From: a virus
Lineage: Duplodnaviria > Caudoviricetes
Reading direction: 5' to 3' (one strand)
Virus record (IMG/VR): IMGVR_UViG_3300037751_000052
Coordinates: 1-27,410 of that record
DNA length: 27,410 nt
The position numbers were made by a program, and so were the translations under genes. How positions within the stretch are numbered: position 1 is the stretch's first letter; the number at the start of each line of letters is the position of its first letter. Below the pieces are notes generated by a model. It did not search any database, was not told where the DNA came from, and was given only the letters and a program-made list of their open reading frames with translations. Positions 1-10,700 of this stretch are shown in pieces.

Positions 1-50
1 TGTTCGATGCCTACCTGCCGGCCCTGATCGAGGGTAGGGTAAAAAACTGA
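1..50 (+). CDS. Tail assembly chaperone (lambda gpG-like), 3' end only
   Basis: The frame starting at position 3 reads FDAYLPALIEGRVKN-TGA(48-50). It ends in a slippery heptamer and lies two ORFs upstream of the tape measure gene, the standard position of the tail chaperone. Confidence 0.8.
   Translation, partial: FDAYLPALIEGRVKN
41..47 (+). other. -1 programmed ribosomal frameshift site A AAA AAC
   Basis: X XXY YYZ heptamer immediately before the TGA. The -1 frame (AAA AAA CTG ACC GAC GCG GTG GCC...) is open and is the frame of ORF 59..361. Confidence 0.85.
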
Positions 51-58
51 CCGACGCG

Positions 59-361
59 GTGGCCCGCTTATACAGCAGCGGGCCATCTGCGGAGGAACTT
101 GCCCTGATCGGCATCACCGCAGAGGACGTTGGCCCACTCCCCGACGTTGAGATTTGGCCAGAGAACACGCGAGCGGTGGAGGTTTTTGTGGCCCTCAGTA
201 CGCAGTGGCGCACCGGGTTCAGTGGGGCAACAGGCCTTGACTACTCCGTGCTCCCCGTGGTCTTCGACCTGCATGGGTTGGGAAAGGCCAAGCGGCAGGC
301 GGTGTTCCCGGACCTGCAGATCATGGAACGGGCAGCGTTGAACATCTTCAACAAGGGGTAG
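59..361 (+). CDS. Tail assembly chaperone C-terminal extension (gpT-like, DUF1799-like), probably made as a frameshift fusion
   Basis: EIWPEN...F....TQWR......TGLDY...LQIMERAAL resembles DUF1799 proteins. It has no good RBS of its own and sits directly before the tape measure gene. Confidence 0.8.
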   Translation: MARLYSSGPSAEELALIGITAEDVGPLPDVEIWPENTRAVEVFVALSTQWRTGFSGATGLDYSVLPVVFDLHGLGKAKRQAVFPDLQIMERAALNIFNKG

Positions 362-370
362 GGGCTTCAA

Positions 371-3300
371 ATGGCTGACACTGGTACGACAAACGCGGCA
401 GCCACCCTAATCCTTGACGTTGACACAACTGTTGCGGCCACCAAGGTAGGGACGCTTCAGGCAGCGATTGCAGGACTTAACACAGGCGGCGCGGCCACCC
501 CCAACCCCCAGATCACCAGACTGGAGAAAGACCTGGTTGAGGTCAGGGCTGCGCTTGCCTCGACCACCAGGGCCTATGACGCGCTTGAGGCCAAGCTCAA
601 GACCGGGGCGGGGGCGGGCGGGGCGGCGAGGTCCCTGGCCAAGGTCGACTCCACGCTCAAGACCATTCGATACAACGCGGTGGAAGCGGGCAGGGCCCTG
701 GACTTCTCCGGCAAGCGGTCCGTTCAGGATCTTGTTCGCCAGTTTGACAGCCTCTCCGGGGCGTCGAAAGCCTCCGCATCCAATGTGAAGAATGCGGTCG
801 CTGCGCTGACCATCGACAACTCGGGCACTAGTGGTCTTAGGGCATACTACCAACAGTTGGTGGGGGTCAAGGCGTCCGTAAATGACATTGCTAGGGCGAA
901 GGCCTTGGTGAACTCCCTTGACCTTAAAGTAATAAACGCCGTGGAGGCGGGGAAGGTCCGGGAAGCAGCAAAGGCTGCAAACGACCTAGCACGGGCAAAG
1001 ACCCTAGTCAGTTCCCTTGAGCTTAGGGTAATCAGTGCAGCGGAAGCTGGTAAGGTCAGGGAAGCTGAGAAGGCTACAAACGATCTCGCACGAGCAAAGA
1101 GCCTAGTCAATTCTCTCCAGATCAGGGTAGTCCGTGACGACGACGTCGCGAAGATTAGGGAGGCGGCTAAGGCCACGAAGGAACTTGCAGCAGCTTCCCA
1201 GCTAAACCTGCTGGGCCAGCGCCAGCAGCAACTCAGAAACACCGGGATTGCGTTCAACAACGCGATGCTTACTGAGCAGGCCCGCGCCTACGACTCGATT
1301 GGTAAGAAGATCCTTGCAACGCAGGCGATCGTCAAGCAGTTCGGGGAGGCGCAGGCGAGGACTTTCCTAGGCCCTAGCCGAGAGCACCTCATTGGACAGA
1401 TCCCGCACCTTGAGAGGTACAGGGCAGTTGTCCGGGGCGCAGGCACTGCCGCGCGCGACGCAGCGGTCCACACCCACGCAATGGCCCTGGCCCACGATAC
1501 CCTGCACGCATCCCTACGGGGTGTGACGGGTATGTTGGGCGGGCTGTGGCTGTCCTACGCGCGGCTCGTGCCCGTGCTGCTGGCTGCTGCGGCGGCGACC
1601 AAGGCGGTCAAGGACTCTACGCTCGGGGGACTCGACACCAGCTTCAAGGCTCAGTTCATCGCCACCGTGGATACCAAGGGCCTGGTCCAGGGCGAGGAAC
1701 TGCGCGCGGTACGTGGCGGCATCCTGCGGGACCTGACGGAAGTGGCGAGGGACTCGGTGTTCACCGTCGAGGAGAACGCCGACGCCCTGCATAAGTTGAG
1801 CCTTGCGGGCGTGGACGCTGCACGGGGCATTGGCCTGCTGGAGACCGCGTCCAATGCCGCGATCTTCGCTCAGAAGGGGTTGAGCGAGACGACCGGCATG
1901 GTGCTGGACACCATGTTCAACTTCGGTCTGGCATCCAGTGATGCCGGAATCATGGCGGACAACTTCGAGCGCGCCTCCGACGTGATGAGCTTTACCGCTA
2001 TCGCGGTGAATGCTTCGTTCGATGACATTGCCAAGGCGTTCACCAACATCACGGGGGTGGCGGGCAGCTTCAACATCGAGATCGAGGAAGCGTCGGCCCT
2101 TCTGGCGAACCTGGCCCAGACGGGTATCCGTGGAGCGAGGGCAGGCACCTATGTCCGGAACTTCTTCGATGACCTGATGGGTGCCCCGATCAGCCGGCGT
2201 GCTGAAGCAGCCATGAAGCAGGTTGGCATCCAGAGGTTCGATCCGGGCGCTGAGACCGAGTTCGCAGCCAGCAAATTCATCGACGACGCGATCTCCAAGG
2301 TCAAGAAGCTCAGCTTTGTGGAGCAGCAGGACTTCCTGCGTGCAGCGACGAACCAACGGTCACGCCGGGTCTGGCGTCAGGAGTTGGTCTCGTCGTACAA
2401 CGAAGAGACCACGCTGCTGCGCCGTGTCAGCGAACTCGCTGAGAAGGCGCAGGGGTCGCTGGCCAAGATGGCGACGGGGCTGAAGGATAGTGGCAAGCTC
2501 ACCATCCTGCTGGCCCAAGCTGCGTACAACGCCTCTGTGATTGATGCGTTCCAAAGCGCGGACGCGGACTCGGGCTTCCAAGAGATTGGCAAACGGCTCC
2601 AGAGCACGTTCAACTCCGACGAGTTCAAGGCGATGATGAAGTCCCTCGTCGCCTCAACAGTCGAGTTCCTGAAGGTGCTTACGGACGTATTCAGCTACAT
2701 CATCAAGAACCAGGACACGATCAAACGGGCGCTGTCCACAGCCCTAGACGTTGCCGTGATTGCGGGATTCGCCCTTGCATTCACCAAGTCGTTCAAGCTG
2801 ATTACGGCCTCGGTCACGGCAGCTACTGGGGCCTTGGCGTCGTTCAGGACTGCACAGGCTGCAGCAGCCGCGATGGCTGCGGCGGGTGGGTTCGTAGGTC
2901 CCCTCCCCGCAGCAGCCCCACTGGCTGCCTCAGCCAAGGCAGCAGCCGTCGGAGTCGGCGGCGCCGTCATAGGCGCGGGCATTCTCGGGATCAGCTACCT
3001 TGAAGGCCGCAAGCTAGACCACAGCAAGAAGTCGCTCGAAGAAGTCAACGCGGAGTTGGCTGACCTGCAGAAGCGGGTGACCCGGCTCAACCAGACCGAT
3101 GACACGACCGGGTTCGCGGCCAACGAGATTGCGAAGTACGAGGAGCGCATCAAGAGCCTGACCGTTGCAGCGAAGGAGAAAGCGGCTGAGACCACCAGCG
3201 AGTTGGTCACCGGCCGCATCAAGTCGATCACGCAGGAGCTTGAGAACCAGGTCACGGACATTCTCGACACGCAGTCCAAGGTCGAGCGCGTCCTGAATGC

Positions 3301-5617
3301 GGGACTCTACAAGGGTGATGCCTCCCTCTCCCTGCGGCTGTCCACTACCAAGACCACGTTGGAGGCCCTGTCACAGGTCGAGAAGAAGTACTCGGACGAA
3401 ATCACGGCTTCCCGCGAGAAGCTACAGAAGCTGAGGGAGACCTCCGGGTCCCCACTCTCGATAGACAGCGAGGTCCGGGTCCTTGAGGGGCTCACGGCCT
3501 CTGCCCACAAGGCGTCCGAGGCGATCGACAAGTTGCGGACCCAGCGCGTCACAGACGTTGAGAAATCCGTATTCTCCAGGATCAGTGACGAGGCACGGAA
3601 AGCGGGGCTTGACTCCACCAAGGCCGTTAAGGAGATGGTGGCCGGGTACGATGAGTCGTTCCAGAAATTGATGCTCAACGAGGAAGCACTCGCGGCGGTG
3701 CGTCGAACGGTCGCCCTTGAGCAGTCCGAGCAGTTCCTTGTCCAGGCGAAGGAGTTCGAGGCCAAGGTGGCCATGGCTGCGAGCCCGGCCCTCGCAGCAT
3801 CTTTCGCAGAGCAGAGCATCGCGGCTAGGGAAGCGGCGAAGGAACTGAAGTCCCTAGCGCACGTCATCGACCTGGTGTCGCAGGCCAAGGCGTTCCTCGC
3901 AGGGACGGCACCCGTCACTCAAGACATGATCATTCGGATGTCTACCACTGAACTCAGGGCGATGGCGGATAGCCTGAAGACGGTGGCGGAGCAGGCCAAT
4001 CTCACGAAGCAGGCAATTCGTGAGATGAGCATCGCCAGTCTGGGGGCCCAGTTGTCGGAGGCATCCGCGTCCGGGGATGCGGATCGAGCGGCTGTGCTAA
4101 GTAACCTGATCTCCAATCAGATGGCAGCGTGGGTTGCCCTGGATGCGGCAGAGAAGCGCAAGTCTGGCGCTCGCCCCCGTAGGGACTTCTCCGAAGACCG
4201 GATGGCCAAGGACGCGGCTGCCAGCGCGAAGCGCATCTCGGCTGAGGAGATCAAGCGGTCCAAGCAAAGCTCCGACATCATCCAGAAGAACCTGGAGCTT
4301 TACCGGGCCAAGCGCCTGATCTCGGAGGGCGAGTTCAACCAGGCCCTGTTGAGGCTCAGTGAGGCTCGGGCATATCAGGCTGCAGTGGCCACGCAGAAAG
4401 AACTCGCGGAGATCGACCGCCGCCTGAACGACCCGAAGATCACGAAGGTGGCGAGGCAGCAACTCGGGAACGCGCGGACTGAGGCGCTGGAGAGGCTGAA
4501 GACGGAGCAGGGCGACGCTGCGACCCAAGTCGAGGGCGACCGCATTGACCGGCTAAAGGAGGAAGCTGGCCTGATCAGCGGGCACAGGGATGCGTTGGCG
4601 CAACTCAACGAGGAGCGCCGCCTGGGCCTGGCCACGGAACTGGAGAGCTTCAACCTCACGAAGGAAGGGGACCCGGTCCGCCTCGCGGGCCTGCAGGCCC
4701 AACTTGTAGCGGCCCAGGCGTTCCATGCTGCAATGGCAAAGGCTACATCAGATATTAGTGACAACGAAGGTAACCCGGAGTTGCAGGAGCAGCTTCGACA
4801 CCGCCTTGCGATGATCACTGAGTCCTCGGCTGCAGCGGGAGAAGCTGCCCGACTGCAGGGTGAGCAGATCATGGCCCAGCAGCGAACCTTCGAGTATGGG
4901 TGGGAGCAGGCGTTCAACAAGTTCGTGGCGGACGCCTCGGACGGGGCGTCCAAGGCTGAGGGGATCTTCAACACGCTGACGCAGGGATTCAACTCCTCGC
5001 TCACCGAGTTCCTCATTAACCCGATGGACAAGGGGTTCAAGGGCCTGCTCGCGAGTTGGGGCCGGATGCTGGAGAGGATGATTGCTGAGGCAGTTGCTGC
5101 GGACATCACGAATCGAGTGTTTGGCTCAGCAACCACCGGTGGTGGAGGGAAGTCCCGCACTGGGGGCTGGATAGACCTTGCGATGGCGGCTGCGAGTGCC
5201 TATTTCGGGGGCAGTACGCAGGCTGCGGCCCCTGTGGTTGAGCGGTCGTTCCAGGCTGCGGCTCTCCTCAAGAGCGCGGACGGCAACGCCTTCGCCGGCC
5301 AGGGCGCTGCGAGGTTTGCTGCTGGGGGCGCCTTCGGGAAGGGCGAGGTACTGACCCATCCGACGTTCTTCCGGTTTTCGCAGGGCGGGGCGTTCCGCAC
5401 CGGGGTCGCGGGCGAGGCCGGGCCCGAGGGCGCGCTGCCCCTGAAGCGCATGAGCAACGGGAAGCTCGGTGTGTTTGCCGGGGGCACAGGCGGGGGCACG
5501 ACCGTCATCCAGAACATTCACGTGAACGGTGACCGGGCCCCGGATCTTCGCCGGGCGGCGGGCCAAGGGTCGCGTGAAGGGTTGGCGTTCATGGCCAACG
5601 CACAGAGGTACGCATGA
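371..5617 (+). CDS. Tail tape measure protein
   Basis: 1748 aa, Ala-rich and helical. It has a TP901-type core (SVFTVEENADALHKLSLAG...LAQTGIRGARAGT), a lambda-like C-terminal block (GWEQAFNKFVADA) and the FAAGG...GEAGPEGALPL tail motif. It follows the chaperone pair. Confidence 0.95.
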   Translation: MADTGTTNAAATLILDVDTTVAATKVGTLQAAIAGLNTGGAATPNPQITRLEKDLVEVRAALASTTRAYDALEAKLKTGAGAGGAARSLAKVDSTLKTIRYNAVEAGRALDFSGKRSVQDLVRQFDSLSGASKASASNVKNAVAALTIDNSGTSGLRAYYQQLVGVKASVNDIARAKALVNSLDLKVINAVEAGKVREAAKAANDLARAKTLVSSLELRVISAAEAGKVREAEKATNDLARAKSLVNSLQIRVVRDDDVAKIREAAKATKELAAASQLNLLGQRQQQLRNTGIAFNNAMLTEQARAYDSIGKKILATQAIVKQFGEAQARTFLGPSREHLIGQIPHLERYRAVVRGAGTAARDAAVHTHAMALAHDTLHASLRGVTGMLGGLWLSYARLVPVLLAAAAATKAVKDSTLGGLDTSFKAQFIATVDTKGLVQGEELRAVRGGILRDLTEVARDSVFTVEENADALHKLSLAGVDAARGIGLLETASNAAIFAQKGLSETTGMVLDTMFNFGLASSDAGIMADNFERASDVMSFTAIAVNASFDDIAKAFTNITGVAGSFNIEIEEASALLANLAQTGIRGARAGTYVRNFFDDLMGAPISRRAEAAMKQVGIQRFDPGAETEFAASKFIDDAISKVKKLSFVEQQDFLRAATNQRSRRVWRQELVSSYNEETTLLRRVSELAEKAQGSLAKMATGLKDSGKLTILLAQAAYNASVIDAFQSADADSGFQEIGKRLQSTFNSDEFKAMMKSLVASTVEFLKVLTDVFSYIIKNQDTIKRALSTALDVAVIAGFALAFTKSFKLITASVTAATGALASFRTAQAAAAAMAAAGGFVGPLPAAAPLAASAKAAAVGVGGAVIGAGILGISYLEGRKLDHSKKSLEEVNAELADLQKRVTRLNQTDDTTGFAANEIAKYEERIKSLTVAAKEKAAETTSELVTGRIKSITQELENQVTDILDTQSKVERVLNAGLYKGDASLSLRLSTTKTTLEALSQVEKKYSDEITASREKLQKLRETSGSPLSIDSEVRVLEGLTASAHKASEAIDKLRTQRVTDVEKSVFSRISDEARKAGLDSTKAVKEMVAGYDESFQKLMLNEEALAAVRRTVALEQSEQFLVQAKEFEAKVAMAASPALAASFAEQSIAAREAAKELKSLAHVIDLVSQAKAFLAGTAPVTQDMIIRMSTTELRAMADSLKTVAEQANLTKQAIREMSIASLGAQLSEASASGDADRAAVLSNLISNQMAAWVALDAAEKRKSGARPRRDFSEDRMAKDAAASAKRISAEEIKRSKQSSDIIQKNLELYRAKRLISEGEFNQALLRLSEARAYQAAVATQKELAEIDRRLNDPKITKVARQQLGNARTEALERLKTEQGDAATQVEGDRIDRLKEEAGLISGHRDALAQLNEERRLGLATELESFNLTKEGDPVRLAGLQAQLVAAQAFHAAMAKATSDISDNEGNPELQEQLRHRLAMITESSAAAGEAARLQGEQIMAQQRTFEYGWEQAFNKFVADASDGASKAEGIFNTLTQGFNSSLTEFLINPMDKGFKGLLASWGRMLERMIAEAVAADITNRVFGSATTGGGGKSRTGGWIDLAMAAASAYFGGSTQAAAPVVERSFQAAALLKSADGNAFAGQGAARFAAGGAFGKGEVLTHPTFFRFSQGGAFRTGVAGEAGPEGALPLKRMSNGKLGVFAGGTGGGTTVIQNIHVNGDRAPDLRRAAGQGSREGLAFMANAQRYA
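881..1177 (+). repeat. Three tandem 99-bp (33-aa) repeats inside the tape measure gene
   Basis: NDIARAKALVNSLDLKVINAVEAGKVREAAKAA / NDLARAKTLVSSLELRVISAAEAGKVREAEKAT / NDLARAKSLVNSLQIRVVRDDDVAKIREAAKAT, starting at 881, 980 and 1079. Confidence 0.9.
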
Positions 5618-6501
5618 GTAATCCATTCCTTGATGAGAAGCTCCCTGTCGGTGTCAGGATGGGGGCTTCATATGCTGATGAGTACGCGGTCGAGATCACG
5701 CGGACGGCGAACAACGCCGAGCATCGGAGGCTCGTCCACCCCTACCCCGTTCGCATCTGCGTCGTGTCGTTCACGATGTTGAGTGATGACATGCTCACCA
5801 AGCTGCTGGCCCTCTACCACAGAGCTTACGGAATGTTCGCGGGATTCCGAGTGGAAGCCCTTGATGACCGGAGTACGGCAGCGGGCGGGGGCTCGCCCTC
5901 GGCGTTCGACCAACTCCTGGAAGTTGTCACTTTGGGGAGCGTGTATAGACTCCAGAAACAGTACGGGAGTGGGAGCACGCCCCTGTCGATTGGTCTTCCT
6001 GTCCGGACCATCTTCAAGCCGATCACGGGCAGCACGGTGGTGGGAATCCGGAACAGCTTGTCCGGAGACCACGTCACCACGGCTTGGACTGTGGATACCG
6101 CTACCGGGGTCGTGACCATGGCGGCGAACAAGACGAAGGCGGTCACGGCCATCACCAATGCTTCGCAGGCCGAGGTCACGCTGGGCGCTTCACATGGCAT
6201 GGTCGTGGGCGACTCGCTGCACGTGTCTGGTGTGGCTGGTATGACCCAGATCAATGGCAGGAGAGGCGCCGTGATGAGCACCACGGCCACGACAGCGGTG
6301 GTGGGGATCAACTCGACTGGGTTCTCCACCTACACCTCGGGGGGCACGGTGAATACCCGCCCCCAAACCGGGGAGGAGGTTCGGGGCGGGTGCCGGTTCG
6401 ACATCCCGTGCAGGTTCAATGGAAGGATCGATGTCAATCACGTGTCCAAGGACGTTCGTGAGACCGGATCGATCGAGATTGTGGAGTTGATCAACCCATG
6501 A
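5614..6501 (+). CDS. Distal tail protein, DUF2460 family (RcGTA g12-like), with an inserted E1-FCCH-like beta domain
   Basis: N-terminal F..E.LP...G....Y...I......E.R, central YRLQKQYG...RTIFKP and C-terminal FDIPCRF match DUF2460. Insert 6133-6351 reads VTAITNASQAEVTLGASHGMVVGD...GMTQING. ATGA overlap with the tape measure gene. Confidence 0.8.
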   Translation: MSNPFLDEKLPVGVRMGASYADEYAVEITRTANNAEHRRLVHPYPVRICVVSFTMLSDDMLTKLLALYHRAYGMFAGFRVEALDDRSTAAGGGSPSAFDQLLEVVTLGSVYRLQKQYGSGSTPLSIGLPVRTIFKPITGSTVVGIRNSLSGDHVTTAWTVDTATGVVTMAANKTKAVTAITNASQAEVTLGASHGMVVGDSLHVSGVAGMTQINGRRGAVMSTTATTAVVGINSTGFSTYTSGGTVNTRPQTGEEVRGGCRFDIPCRFNGRIDVNHVSKDVRETGSIEIVELINP

Positions 6502-7325
6502 AAACCGTCGTCTCCGACTACCGCTATCGTTGTTACAACGTCCGCATCGAATGCACGGGCGGGCTCGTGGTGCGCCTCACGGATCACCCGCGTGACATCG
6601 TCATGAGCAACGGCCAAGTCTACCTGACGCAAAGCGGCTACCAATTCACTGGGCACCAGGCGGGTACTGGGATGGCGGCGAACGTCATGGACCTTGAAGG
6701 GGTCGCGGACCTGGCTGGGGTTCATCGCGACGCCGTGCAGTCTGGGGTATTCGACGGCGCTCGGCTCTATGCGTTTGCGACCACGTGGCGCACGCCCGTA
6801 GAGGATGAGGAGCCGATCGGTGCCGCGATCCTGGGCAAGGCCACACTGCTGGATGACCGCTGGCGGATCGAGATGATGTCGCTGGTCGACAGCCTCAATC
6901 AGTCCGTGGGGGACACCTACACCGCAGCCTGCTCGCACGGTTTCGGCGATGCTGGATGCACGGTGGCGCTTGGCCCGATCACGGTGACCGGCACGATTAC
7001 CAGCGTCACCAGTGGCTCCGTGGTGCGGGACTCGGCACGCACAGAGGCGTCTGACTACTTCGGAGCTGGCACGCTTGCTTACACCAGCGGCGCGAACGTC
7101 GGGCTCAAGCCCTTGGAGATCAAATCGTATGCGGCGGACGGAACGGTCACGACCTTCGAGCCGGCCTACTACCCGGTGCAGGTTGGGGACGCCTACACGA
7201 TGATCCCCGGTTGTCGCAAGAGACGGCCCGAGGACTGCCGCGACAAGTGGGCGAACATCCTGAACTTCTTCGGCTTCTCGGACATCCCCACGAGCAGCCA
7301 GTACGCACAGGTGGGCACAAAGTGA
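6498..7325 (+). CDS. Baseplate hub / tail protein, DUF2163 + BR0599-type C-terminus (RcGTA g13-like)
   Basis: LTDHPRD, G.FDGA, CSHGFGDAGC and PGCRK....C..K..N..NF.GF..IP Cys motifs; position after DUF2460. Confidence 0.9.
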   Translation: MKTVVSDYRYRCYNVRIECTGGLVVRLTDHPRDIVMSNGQVYLTQSGYQFTGHQAGTGMAANVMDLEGVADLAGVHRDAVQSGVFDGARLYAFATTWRTPVEDEEPIGAAILGKATLLDDRWRIEMMSLVDSLNQSVGDTYTAACSHGFGDAGCTVALGPITVTGTITSVTSGSVVRDSARTEASDYFGAGTLAYTSGANVGLKPLEIKSYAADGTVTTFEPAYYPVQVGDAYTMIPGCRKRRPEDCRDKWANILNFFGFSDIPTSSQYAQVGTK

Positions 7326-7735
7326 TGCTCGCCGACGAGATCCTTGCCGCCGCGAGGTCCTGTCTCGGGACCCCGTTCCGCCATCAAGGTCGGCTGCCCG
7401 GTACCGCACTCGACTGCGCGGGCCTGATTTGTCACGTATGCGAATCCATCGGAGTGCCCTACACCGATGAGCGGGGATATTCACGCCTGCCGCATCAAGG
7501 TCGGTTGCAGGCCGCACTCGATGCGCAGGAGTCCTTGGTGCGGGTGAGTGACCCTGAGCCCGGTGACATTCTGTTGTTCCGGTTCAGGTCCGAGCCGACA
7601 CACCTGGGTGTTTTCGCCGGTGAGACAGTCGTTCATGCCTACGAACAGTCCGGGAAGGTGTGCGAGCACCGAATGGATGAGGCGTGGCACGCACGGATCG
7701 TGCAGGCGTATCGGATCGTGCGGGGCGCCCTGTGA
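7325..7735 (+). CDS. NlpC/P60 family tail-associated peptidase (RcGTA g14-like)
   Basis: ARSCLGTPFRHQGR...LDCAGL...PGDILLF...HLGV....VHAY. The true start is probably the ATG at 7325 (TGATG overlap), not 7211 as in the ORF track. Confidence 0.9.
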   Translation: MLADEILAAARSCLGTPFRHQGRLPGTALDCAGLICHVCESIGVPYTDERGYSRLPHQGRLQAALDAQESLVRVSDPEPGDILLFRFRSEPTHLGVFAGETVVHAYEQSGKVCEHRMDEAWHARIVQAYRIVRGAL

Positions 7736-10700
7736 GTACCGGCCAGATAACGGGAGTTATATCGGCTGTTGTAACGTTCGTTATGACGGGAGGAAACATC
7801 CCGGCAGCAGTAGCTGCGTACCAGATCGGGAGCATGGTCGGGAACGCAATTGACCCACCAAAAGGGCCAACGATCCATGGCCCGAGACTCAACGATTTAC
7901 GAGTACAGACCTCGACCTATGGCGCAAACATCCCAAGGATTTACGGAACGGTTGCGACCTTCGGAAACGTCTTCTGGGTTGAAAACAACCAACTAAAGGA
8001 AAGCGTAAAGAAGAAGAAATCCGGAGGCAAGGGGGGAGGCGGGGGCGGCTCTACAATCAAGACCTACTCCTATTCATCTACGTTTGCCGTGGGACTGTGC
8101 AAGGGCCCGATTGAGGGAGTTCGGCGTATCTGGGTTGGCTCGAAGCTGATCTATGACGCAGGAGCGTCAGACATCGAGTCCATTATCGCGAGCAATCGAG
8201 CGGCCACGGGCTTTGCCATCTATACCGGGTCAACGACTCAGATGCCGGACCCGAGAATGCAGGCGGCCATTGGCGCGGCCAATTGCCCTGCCTACCGAGG
8301 GCTTGCTTACATCGTCCTGTATGACTACCCGTTGGCGGACCATGGAAATTCCTTGCTTGGGGCTCAGGTCAAGGTCGAAGTCGTAAGCGATGCGAGTTTT
8401 GCAGTCCGAGATTGGGAGGGATTTGCCTCGCCACTCACAGGATTGAGGCAGGTTGCGACCGGCAATGATCGAATGGTCGTCGTGGGTCCGGGCTCAAAAT
8501 CGATGGTCAGCATCCTTGGGCAGCCGTGGCAGACTGGCCTCGGCATGACGGCCGACATGAACAATCTATGGGGCGTCGCCTTCGGGGCTGGGGTCTTCGT
8601 TGCCATGACGAGATTTCCGTCGTATGCGACTAGCCCGGACGGACTTGCTTGGACGATGGGCACGCTCATCAATGTTGGCGACACCAACCTGGCGATCACG
8701 TATGGCGGCGGCCGGTTTGTCATAGTCGGCGGCACGGCGCTATCACAGTACAGCGTGACGGGTTTGGAAGGATCGTGGAATAACGCGGCAATGCCATCCG
8801 CGCTAAGCTGGATCGATGTGGCGTATGGGACCGATCCGGCTGGTGAGGACGTTTATGTAGCGGTTGCTGCGAACACGGATCAGGCAGCGTTCAGTCAGGA
8901 TGCCGTGGTCTGGCAGGCGGCTACGCTGCCGGCTACAGCCGCATGGGAATCGATCGCATTTGGCAATGGGGTATTCATCGCCGTTGCCAGCGACAGTAGC
9001 GCGACAGCGATGTCGACGGATGGCGAAAATTGGGTTGCAGGGTCTGCGCCGGCAGTTGGTGCCCGGCAGCGGATCATGTTTGGAGGCGGCCTGTTCTTGC
9101 TGACGGGGTTTGGCGGAACGTCCGCAACATCCCCGGATGGCGTGACATGGACGGGTCAGACGATGCCGTTCGTGGACTACACGTGGAAAGCGACCGGATA
9201 CGGTAACGGGATCTTCGTCGCCTTCGATCTCAACGCCAAAACCAATTACGCGCAGTACGTTCCAGGCGCGGTGATTTCGTCCGGATCTTCGCCGCTGTCC
9301 TCAATCGTCGAGGCTGAGTGCCTGCAATCCAACGTCCTAGCATCCGGCGACCTGGACGTAACCGCGCTAACTCAGCAAGTGCGTGGCTACCGGGTCACGC
9401 AAACGGGAGCGATCCGGGGCGCGCTCGAACCTCTGCAAGCGGCTTGGCCCTTCGACGTGGTCCAGTCCGGCTACGAGCTGAAGTTCGTGCCGCGCGGCGG
9501 ATCTTCCGTGGCAACGATACCGGCAACGGACCTGGACGCGCGACAGGACAGCGACGCGCCCGGCGTGCAGCTCACGATCGCGCACGAGATGGATACGCAG
9601 CTACCGCGTGAGGTCCGGGTTAAATACTTGGACGTGACGCGGGAATACGACGATGGCGACCAGCCCGCGACGCGACAGAACACCGACTCGATCCACATCC
9701 GGGACGTGGAACTGCCGATCGTGCTCAACGCGGTCGAGGCTGCGGGCATGGCCGAGGTCCTGCTCTATCTCTACTGGCTCGAACGGCGCGACGTGCAATT
9801 CAAATTGCCGCCGAGCTACCGCGCGCTGGAACCTGCGGATGTCATCACGATAACTGGTGAGTGGGGCGAGTACTCTCTGCGTCTCACGGGCGTGCACCTG
9901 CTCTCGGACGGGCGCCTTGAGTGCTCAGCGAAATACAACGCGCCCGCGATCTATACGCCGACCGCCGTTGGGGTCGAGAGCCTCAACACCGGGCAGGTGA
10001 TCGCACTGGACGGGCCTAGCCTGTACGTGCTGCTCGACGTGCCGATGATGCGCGACGAGGACGACATGCCGGGGTTCCCCGTGGCCATGAGCGGCTATAC
10101 AACAGGTTGGCCGGGCGGGATCATTTTCCAGTCTCCGGACGATGGACAGACTTGGGAAGACATACAGGGATTTACCGGGCCCGTGCCCATAGGCTATGCC
10201 CGAGGCACGATCGGGGCCGGAAGAGTGGACATAATCGACTCCGCAAACAGACTTCAGGTCGACCTGGTTTCAGGAGCCCTGGAAAGCGTCTCGCAACTGA
10301 CCCTGTTTGGTGGAGCCAACCACTTCGCTTACGGCGCCCACGGAAGGTGGGAAATCCTTGGAGCGGCAAACTGCGTGTTGCAGGGCGATGGATCGTACAT
10401 GCTCTCGGACTTTCTACGGGGAAGGTTCGGTACCGAGCAGTACATGACGACGCACGTGGCCGGGGACCAGGTCGTGCTCCTCACCGATGGTGATATGGGG
10501 TTCGTAACCGTGCAAACCAACTCGATCGGATCAGCGCGCACGTACCGGGGCATCACTGCGGGCAGGAGCATTGACGACGATGAGGACCGGTCGTTCACAT
10601 ACGCTGGTGTCAACCTGGAGTGCCTCAGCCCGGTCTACCTCAACGGCAATCGACACCCCTCGACCAACGACTGGACCCTGACTTGGATTCGTCGGGGGCG

